Source: an uncultured bacterium (GTDB lineage: Bacteria; Actinomycetota; Acidimicrobiia; Spongiisociales; UBA5794). Taken from it: a DNA stretch of 64,000 nt. The position numbers and the translations under genes were made by a program. The DNA lies in assembly GCA_963801165.1 (NCBI GenBank), contig CAWDDT010000011.1, positions 256,001 through 320,000 of the forward strand. The letters are read 5' to 3'. Of this stretch, positions 57,643-64,000 are shown in pieces (positions within the stretch are counted from its first letter, which is position 1; the number at the start of each line of letters is the position of its first letter). The notes beneath the pieces were generated by a model that saw nothing but the letters and a program-made list of their open reading frames with translations, was not told where the DNA came from and ran no database searches.

Positions 57643-58317
57643 TCAGTCCTCGAAGTAGTCGCTGAGGGGCGTGGCAACGATCACGATCTCGTTTGCAACC
57701 ACCGAATACCCACCGTCCCTGCAGGTCAGCGACACCGTGGTCGAGGCGGTCAACTCGTCGACGGCAAGAAACGACGCGGCATGCTGGTCGTTGTTGTCGG
57801 CGGCCGCGACGTCCACCCACACATCATCATCTACGTTTGGCGTCACGAGTCGGCAGTCGGCCCATGCGTCTGTGGTCGAGTTGTTCCAATACCATGCCTT
57901 GGCTTGGAAAAGGTACTTGCCGGGCCGCAGGGCAAGGGAAGCGACGGATTCGAAGTCGTTCACACCGGTGATGGCAACCGGGCCCTCCACGCGGGTTGTA
58001 TACACGAGAGGCCGCAGGTCGTCGGGTGCCAGCCCCTGGACGGTGCCGGCGTCGACGACCTGGTTCGTGGCCAACCGGTGCATGAATGCTGCCATCTGCT
58101 GGCGGGTCACGTTCTGCGTCGGACAGAACATGTCATTGGTAGGCGGGTTGCAGCCCTGGGTCACGTTCGCCGACGCGAGCCACTCGATGTCGCCGGAGAA
58201 GATGTTGCTGTCGGGCACATCGACGAATGATGAGGCTGCCGATACCGCAACCGGCACCGCCAGAACTGCCAGGGCGGCCAGCACCAGGGTGGCCGCCTTC
58301 CACGGGTTCCTATGCAA
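57643..58317 (-). CDS. Secreted protein with an S-layer-homology-like domain
   Basis: Signal peptide; FVDVPDSNIFSGDIEWLA...TQGCNPPTNDMFCPTQNVTRQQMAAFMHRL. Confidence 0.8.
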   Translation of the reverse strand: MHRNPWKAATLVLAALAVLAVPVAVSAASSFVDVPDSNIFSGDIEWLASANVTQGCNPPTNDMFCPTQNVTRQQMAAFMHRLATNQVVDAGTVQGLAPDDLRPLVYTTRVEGPVAITGVNDFESVASLALRPGKYLFQAKAWYWNNSTTDAWADCRLVTPNVDDDVWVDVAAADNNDQHAASFLAVDELTASTTVSLTCRDGGYSVVANEIVIVATPLSDYFED

Positions 58318-58371
58318 GGTTTCCTACCTTTGTCGCTTGCCGCGAACATACGTAGGGTCCTTCGGGTTGCC

Positions 58372-61300
58372 TTAAGGCCGGATTACCCCCGGCCCGGGGA
58401 AGGCCGCCGGCTCGACGTCGAGACTCGCCATCCTGCCTGCATAGACGCCGTATAGTCGGCGCGCCGCGCCATGCCGCCCGGCCGCCGCCATCGCCGACAC
58501 GAGACCGAGATGAGCCGGTTCGTGGTAGGGATCGCGTTCGAGCATACGCAGGTAGAGACGGGCGGCCGTGTCATGATCGCCTGCGGTTCTAGCAGCGTTC
58601 GCCAGCCGGCTGGTTATCTGAAGGTAGACGTTCCGGCACTCTTCACGCAGACCGACCGCCCAGTCGTCATAGGGCTGCTCCTCGAGGAAGTCGCCGACAT
58701 ACATTGCTTCGGCCCGCTGCATCTCAGCGAGACCCGCATCGACGCGACCGCGCCGGTGTAGATCGAGACCTGTGGCCGCGGCGCCGAGGAATTCCTCGAC
58801 ATCGATTGCGAGTGACCCGGTGTTGAGGGCGACCGACTCCTTGTCGGAGGACACGTAGCGGTCGGAAGGATGTGCCTTGTTGGGATCGAGAACGGTGCGG
58901 ATGGTGGAGATGGCAACTGAGAGCCGGTTGCCGGCCTTGGCGGGGTCGTCGCCCGGCCACAGAGCCTCGATGAGCACCTCCCGGTGCTGCGGCTTGCCCC
59001 GGGCGGCGATCAACATCTTGAGCAGGTCACGAGCTTTGCGGGATTGCCACGCCGATGTCCCCACCGCACGGCCGTCATGCTCCATCGCAAAGCCCCCGAG
59101 CGTCCGAACCTTCAACCGCGGCTGCGTCTCCTCCTCCAGATCGGCGATCAGGGCACGACCCGCTGCAGCCGCCCCGAGAGCGCCCAGCGTCTGCAACTGG
59201 GCGACCGCCTGCCGGGCCAGCGAGATTCCTTCCGCTCCCGAAATGAACCCGGCGCGGGCGAGGTCGACCCTGGCCGTGCCGAGCGGATCCGACAGCTCGG
59301 CCCATAGCGAGCGCGCCTGCGCCAGCAAATGCTCGGCGCGCTCCGGTGTCGCTGTGGCGGCCTCCAGCTCGAGGGCCTCGGCCAATCCGGGCCGGTCGCG
59401 CCGGGAGCGAGCGAGGTCCGCCGCCTGGGCTGCAAACGCCCGGGCCTTGTCGGGATCGTCTCTCTCTGCGACCCATCCCGCGGATAGAAGCGCCCCCACA
59501 TGACCGAGAACCGAGCCGTTGCCGGTGGCTCTATCCGCCAGCTTCGTCGCGCTCGCCGGATCATCCGCAACGAGCACCCTGGCAAGACCGGCAAGCGCCG
59601 GGACAAGACCCTGTAGGTCCTTGGCTTCCTCGCATAAGGCGATCGCCTGCTCGTATGCGGCGCGGGCCAAAGCGGTGTCGCCGCGGGCCCGGTAGACGTC
59701 ACCGAGGTGCGCCAGCGGATATGCCTCCAACCGTGATCCGGTGCGCCGGAACAGCGAACGTGCTTCCTCCAGGCCGGCCACAGCCTCTTCGAGCCGGCCC
59801 AGGTGGAACAGAGCCTGTGCCTGGTTGGACAGGGCGAGCGCACGAAAGGTAGCAAAACCCGTCGACTCGGCGAGTTGGAGGGCGATGTCGAGTTCGCCGA
59901 GCGCGTCCTCGTAGGCGCCCTCCTCGAGCTTGAGCGACCCACGGTTGGATCGGATGCGGATGGTCTGCAACACGTCCTGCGCCCGTTCGGCGTGCTCCAA
60001 TGCCCGCAAGTAGTGGGCATCGTTTGCAGATCGGTCGCCATCTAGTGCGGCAACCATCGCGATGACGGTATGCGCGGTCGCCAGCGCCGCTGAATCGTCG
60101 GCTCGACGCGCCAGCTTCAGGGCCCTGGTGGCGTTGGCGAGAGCGGCGTCCCTTTCGCCCCGGAGCCACTCGGCTCCCGCTGTCCAGCCAAGCAGCGCAG
60201 CCTCGTTGCTCAGGTCGGTCCCGTCGATGACCCCCCGGCCATATGTATCGAGGGCCACACCCACCTCGCCGCGCATGTGATGAAGCAGCCCCATCCGCCA
60301 CGCCACCGCGGCCGGGATCTCACCGGAAGGCGGCGCGATCGCGGCGTAGCACTCCAGGGCGCCCTCCCAATCGCCAAGCACCTGGCGGGCCTCCGCCTCC
60401 ACCAGTGTCAGGTCGGCCGTCCCGGTTGTGTCGGCGAGCCGCTCGATCGCCCCCACCACCTGGCTCGCCAACCCCGAGGAGAGCAGATCACGACTACGCC
60501 GCCTGATGAGCGCGGTGACCGCGGCTGCCTGCCCGCCGGTGAACAACGTCTCGATGGCGTCGTCGTAGTACCCGTTGGATTCGTACCATTCGGCCGCAGC
60601 CCGACACAACGTGGTCCGCTCTGCCTCTTCGAGAGGCTCGCGAGCGGCCATGAATTCCGCCATGAGCGGAGCGAGCGTGGCCGCGCCAGGTTCAGCCGGC
60701 GCATCGCTCAGGTAGACGCCCCGCCGCAGCGCTTCAGTCAATGTGGCGGGGTCGAAGCCGAGGTGACCGACAAGACCGGCGCCAAGCCAGGGCAGAAACG
60801 CAGCCACCCGGAGAAGGGCAACCACACCCTCCTGCTCTGCCGCCAACACCTCCTCAGCGAGATACTCGTACATCGGACCGCGGGCGGCTGGAGTCGGCTC
60901 GAGGCGAGTGAGGTCGGTGCTCATTGCGAGCGCCTGGACCGCAAGACGAACCGCCGCCGGCCAACCCGCGGTCTGTCGGTGAAGCTCGTCGGCAAGGGCG
61001 GTCGCTTCTTCTCCGACACTCGCCTCGAGTATCTCGGCAACCTCGTCCCGGGTAAAGGAGAGCGCGTCGGGTGGGATTTCTGCAACGTGACCATCGAGCC
61101 GGAGCCTGCCGATCGGGAAGGCCAGGGGCCGCCGCGAGGCAATGACGATATGCAGCCGGGCAGGAGCGTTCCGGCACACGCCGCCGACGAACCGTGCCAC
61201 GGCACGGTCATCGCCCGCGACATGGAAATCATCGAGGACGAGTGTCAAATCCCGCGTCAGCCGGGCATCGATCTCGGCGCAAAGCGTTCTCGCCAGTGCA

Positions 61301-61614
61301 TCGGCGCGGACAGTGCTGTCGGGGTCGGCGTCGGGACCGCGGGGTCCGTCGATGGCGAGCGAGAGGTCTGCGGAAATCGCAGGGACCACCAGCCGAATCT
61401 GATCGAGAATCGACCGGGCCATCGATGCCAGCACCCGATCCGCCGCGGTGACGACATGCACCAGAACGTCGAGCGATTCGCCCCACTGTGCGAGCAGCGT
61501 GGACTTCCCGAGCCCGGACCCGGCAATCATGGTGGTCAGCCGGCGCTCGGTGGCAGACGACAGCAACTCCTCCAGCCTGGGGCGACGAATGGTCGCCGTC
61601 TTCATCCACGTCAC
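58372..61614 (-). CDS. MalT-like STAND ATPase-TPR regulator with C-terminal OmpR-wHTH and BTAD domains
   Basis: IRRPRL, AGSGLGKSTLL, LVLDDFH, TAGWPAAVRL, YEYLAEEVL and TPR repeats, then VRTLGGF...WQSRKARDLL...REVLIEALWP and DPYHEPAH. Start position uncertain. Confidence 0.88.
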   Translation of the reverse strand: MTWMKTATIRRPRLEELLSSATERRLTTMIAGSGLGKSTLLAQWGESLDVLVHVVTAADRVLASMARSILDQIRLVVPAISADLSLAIDGPRGPDADPDSTVRADALARTLCAEIDARLTRDLTLVLDDFHVAGDDRAVARFVGGVCRNAPARLHIVIASRRPLAFPIGRLRLDGHVAEIPPDALSFTRDEVAEILEASVGEEATALADELHRQTAGWPAAVRLAVQALAMSTDLTRLEPTPAARGPMYEYLAEEVLAAEQEGVVALLRVAAFLPWLGAGLVGHLGFDPATLTEALRRGVYLSDAPAEPGAATLAPLMAEFMAAREPLEEAERTTLCRAAAEWYESNGYYDDAIETLFTGGQAAAVTALIRRRSRDLLSSGLASQVVGAIERLADTTGTADLTLVEAEARQVLGDWEGALECYAAIAPPSGEIPAAVAWRMGLLHHMRGEVGVALDTYGRGVIDGTDLSNEAALLGWTAGAEWLRGERDAALANATRALKLARRADDSAALATAHTVIAMVAALDGDRSANDAHYLRALEHAERAQDVLQTIRIRSNRGSLKLEEGAYEDALGELDIALQLAESTGFATFRALALSNQAQALFHLGRLEEAVAGLEEARSLFRRTGSRLEAYPLAHLGDVYRARGDTALARAAYEQAIALCEEAKDLQGLVPALAGLARVLVADDPASATKLADRATGNGSVLGHVGALLSAGWVAERDDPDKARAFAAQAADLARSRRDRPGLAEALELEAATATPERAEHLLAQARSLWAELSDPLGTARVDLARAGFISGAEGISLARQAVAQLQTLGALGAAAAGRALIADLEEETQPRLKVRTLGGFAMEHDGRAVGTSAWQSRKARDLLKMLIAARGKPQHREVLIEALWPGDDPAKAGNRLSVAISTIRTVLDPNKAHPSDRYVSSDKESVALNTGSLAIDVEEFLGAAATGLDLHRRGRVDAGLAEMQRAEAMYVGDFLEEQPYDDWAVGLREECRNVYLQITSRLANAARTAGDHDTAARLYLRMLERDPYHEPAHLGLVSAMAAAGRHGAARRLYGVYAGRMASLDVEPAAFPGPGVIRP

Positions 61615-61849
61615 ATCGACCGACCCCTCTCGACCGGGGTCAAGATAATCGGACGGCACCGGCTAGACCCGGCTGGCAACCTGTGTCGGGTCACACGCAA
61701 CGCTGGAACATAGCTCCAGACGGGTGAGGCGCAGCCGTCGCGAAAGAAATACGGGCGCTGGACTTGCCGGGTGGCGCCGAAACCCGCTAGAAATGGACCT
61801 TCTTCCCCGCAAACACAGGCAAGGGATGCGCGCATCGAATGACCCTTGC

Positions 61850-61871
61850 GTAGTTACACCCGTGTAACTAC
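61850..61871. promoter_or_regulatory. Perfect 10-bp inverted repeat, putative operator
   Basis: gtagttacac-cc-gtgtaactac upstream of nrdJ. Confidence 0.55.
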
Positions 61872-61885
61872 AATGAATTTCCCCT

Positions 61886-61934
61886 GCGCAACATGTTGGG
61901 CCTGAGTGGAGGACCTAGGCACAACATATTGTGG
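61886..61934 (+). promoter_or_regulatory. Tandem NrdR boxes
   Basis: gcgcaacatgttgggc (61886) and gcacaacatattgtgg (61919), compared with the consensus acaCwAtATaTwGtgt; upstream of an RNR gene. Confidence 0.75.
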
Positions 61935-61947
61935 TTGTTGATAAATC

Positions 61948-61956
61948 TGTGGATAA
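61948..61956. promoter_or_regulatory. DnaA box in the nrdJ leader
   Basis: Perfect TGTGGATAA, with an imperfect tgttgataa at 61936. Confidence 0.6.
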
Positions 61957-61992
61957 GAGAGCGTCCTGGGACGTGACGGGAAGGGTGACAAC

Positions 61993-64000
61993 ATGGGTCA
62001 GGGTCTGACCATCGAACGCCGGTTCACGACGGCCGGGCGGGATGTTTACGAGACGGTCGAGTGGAGTCGTAGGGACTCCCGCATCACCAATCCGGACGGT
62101 TCGGTGGTCTTTGAGATGCGTGCGGCGGAGATTCCTGCGCAATGGTCTCAGGTCGCTGCCGACATCATGGTCTCGAAGTACTTCCGCAAGGCGGGCGTTC
62201 CCCAATTCGACGAGGACGGCGACCCTATCGTCGACGCCGACGGGAAGCCGGTGACCGGTCCGGAGCACTCGGCGAAGCAGGTCATCAAGCGACTCGCCTC
62301 AACGTGGCGGTGGTGGGGCGAGGAGAACGGCTACTTCGCCACCACGAAGGATGCCGAAGCCTTCGAGGACGAACTCGCGTACATGCTGCTTCACCAAATG
62401 GCGGCTCCCAACTCCCCACAGTGGTTCAACACAGGTCTCGCCCATGAGTACGGCATCACCGGCACCGAGCAGGGCTTCTGGTACGTCGACCCCGAGACCG
62501 AGGAAGTCGTCGCCGGCAAAGATTCCTACAGCCGCCCCGCCCCCCACGCCTGCTTCATTAATTCGGTCGATGACGACCTGGTCAACCCGGGCGGCATCAT
62601 GGACCTGTGGGTGCGCGAGGCGCGCCTGTTCAAGATGGGCGCCGGCTCGGGAGCCAACTTCTCCAACATCCGCGCCGAGGGAGAACAGCTCTCGGGTGGC
62701 GGCAAATCATCCGGCCTGATGTCGTTTCTCAAGGTGGGCGATCGGGCCGCCGGCGCAATCAAGTCGGGAGGTACGACCCGGCGCGCAGCCAAGATGGTGA
62801 TCGTCGACATCGACCATCCCGACATCGAGAAGTTCATCAGTTGGAAGGCCGAGGAGGAGAAGAAGGTCAGGGCGATGGTCGCCAGCGGCTACTCCTCCGA
62901 CTTCAACGGTGAGGCATATGCCACCGTATCGGGTCAGAACTCAAACAACTCTGTGCGTCTCTCCAACGCGTTCCTGAACGCGGTGATGCATGATGCCGAA
63001 TGGGATCTGCTTTCCCGCACCGACCACTCGGTCATGAAGACCGTCAAGGCCCGCGATCTGTGGAACCAGATCGCCGATGCGGCCTGGCAATCCGCCGACC
63101 CCGGTCTCCAGTTCCACGGCACGATCAACGAGTGGCATACCAGCCCGGCCGAGGGCGAGATCAGGGCATCTAACCCATGCAGTGAATACCTTTTTCTGGA
63201 TAATACCGCATGCAACCTGGCGAGCTTGAACCTGGGCAAGTTCTACGACGACCACACCGGAAGCTTCGACCTCGCTACCTATCAGCATGCGATCAGGCTG
63301 TGGACGATCGTCCTCGAGATCTCGGTGACGATGGCGCAGTTCCCGTCGCGGGAGATCGCCATCGGCAGCTACGACTACCGGACGCTCGGGCTCGGCTATG
63401 CCAACCTGGGCTCGCTGCTGATGCGGATGGGTATCCCCTACGACTCGGATCACGGTCGGGCCATTGCCGGAGCGCTGACTGCCATCCTCACCGGGTACGC
63501 CTACGCCACCTCCGCCGAGATGGCAGGAGTGCTGGGCCCGTTCCCAAAGTACGGGATCAACCGTGACTCGATGTTGCGGGTCATCCGCAACCACCGTCGC
63601 GCCGCCTACAACAAGGACCGGGGCGACTACGAGGGCATCAACCATCTCGTGATGGGCATCAACAGCGGGCTCAGCCCTCTCGACATGCTCGAGGCCGCCC
63701 GGACGGCGTGGGATACCGCCCTCACCTGGGGTGAGCAGCACGGCTTTCGCAACGCCCAGGTCTCGGTGCTCGCTCCTACGGGCTGTGTCGTCGGGGGGTC
63801 GCTCATCCCGACCGAGCGTGGCCTCGTCCGTCTGGCGTCGCTCGGTGACCCAACTGGAGACGAGTGGCAGGACCTCGGTATCAGCGTCGCGACAGATGAG
63901 GGTCCCCGCGAAGCATCGCAGTTCTACCTCAACGGTGTCGAAGATGTCGTCACAATCGATACCAAGCGCGGCTATCGCATCCAGGGAACACCGTCCCACA
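61993..64000 (+). CDS. nrdJ: Class II (adenosylcobalamin-dependent) ribonucleotide reductase, 5' part; intein-containing
   Basis: Manual translation: MGQGLTIERRFT...WSQVAADIMVSKYFRKAG...PNSPQWFNTG...PHACFI...KSGGTTRRAAKM...SNPCSEY...TACNLASLN...RNAQVSVLAPTG. Open to the window end. Confidence 0.95.
   Translation, partial: MGQGLTIERRFTTAGRDVYETVEWSRRDSRITNPDGSVVFEMRAAEIPAQWSQVAADIMVSKYFRKAGVPQFDEDGDPIVDADGKPVTGPEHSAKQVIKRLASTWRWWGEENGYFATTKDAEAFEDELAYMLLHQMAAPNSPQWFNTGLAHEYGITGTEQGFWYVDPETEEVVAGKDSYSRPAPHACFINSVDDDLVNPGGIMDLWVREARLFKMGAGSGANFSNIRAEGEQLSGGGKSSGLMSFLKVGDRAAGAIKSGGTTRRAAKMVIVDIDHPDIEKFISWKAEEEKKVRAMVASGYSSDFNGEAYATVSGQNSNNSVRLSNAFLNAVMHDAEWDLLSRTDHSVMKTVKARDLWNQIADAAWQSADPGLQFHGTINEWHTSPAEGEIRASNPCSEYLFLDNTACNLASLNLGKFYDDHTGSFDLATYQHAIRLWTIVLEISVTMAQFPSREIAIGSYDYRTLGLGYANLGSLLMRMGIPYDSDHGRAIAGALTAILTGYAYATSAEMAGVLGPFPKYGINRDSMLRVIRNHRRAAYNKDRGDYEGINHLVMGINSGLSPLDMLEAARTAWDTALTWGEQHGFRNAQVSVLAPTGCVVGGSLIPTERGLVRLASLGDPTGDEWQDLGISVATDEGPREASQFYLNGVEDVVTIDTKRGYRIQGTPSH
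63784..64000 (+). mobile_element. Intein N-terminal splicing region in NrdJ
   Basis: After APTG the expected TI is replaced by CVVGGSLIPTERG (block A) and later TKRGYRIQGTPSH (block B, TxxH). Confidence 0.88.

Noticed and set aside
61700-61992. Cobalamin riboswitch upstream of nrdJ
   Set aside because: No B12-box (GGGAA...GCCACTG) core was seen; NrdR and DnaA sites explain the region.
62941-63999. 352-aa minus-strand ORF (likewise the long antisense ORFs at 16012-17628, 34601-35914, 51889-53520 and 60277-61713)
   Set aside because: Shadow ORFs typical of high-GC DNA, lying opposite well-supported genes.

Overview
A high-GC (roughly two-thirds G+C by eye) actinobacterial chromosome segment, most likely class Acidimicrobiia (inferred from mycothiol genes, an RsiG-like gene, the SLH-like motif GCNPPxNDxFCP and class II NrdJ). 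In order, it contains a partial geranylgeranyl/menaquinone reductase gene and an IS30 element whose transposase is frameshifted. Next is a divergent respiratory gene cluster. Its left arm has a CcoN-CcoO (cbb3-like) fusion that lacks the six canonical metal-ligand histidines, plus a cytochrome c. Its right arm has a membrane protein, a 2x[4Fe-4S] ferredoxin, a split b6-type cytochrome b and subunit IV, a Rieske protein, a diheme cytochrome c and a membrane protein with a prepilin-like leader. One protein in each arm carries two copies of the same unnamed ~30-aa helical motif. Further on are a COG2403 (arginine synthetase-like) gene, rex, and a Dpp/Opp ABC operon whose permease has a half solute-binding domain inserted. 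These are followed by a PadR operon with a perfect operator, a MoaD/ThiS-membrane fusion, two ~200-bp palindromic tandem repeats and an rsiG-like/asparaginase/GNAT/mshA operon. After mshA lie a DnaA-box cluster, a sigma-A promoter and an orphan hairpin RNA convergent with a Clp1-type RNA kinase gene. The rest includes a histidine kinase with an in-frame TGA, pgsB with a doubled pgsC, an mshB/mca homologue, a MalT/BTAD regulator module, and the 5' part of an intein-containing nrdJ preceded by NrdR and DnaA boxes. No CRISPR array, rRNA or tRNA was recognised. All family assignments come from motifs read by eye; no database searches were run.
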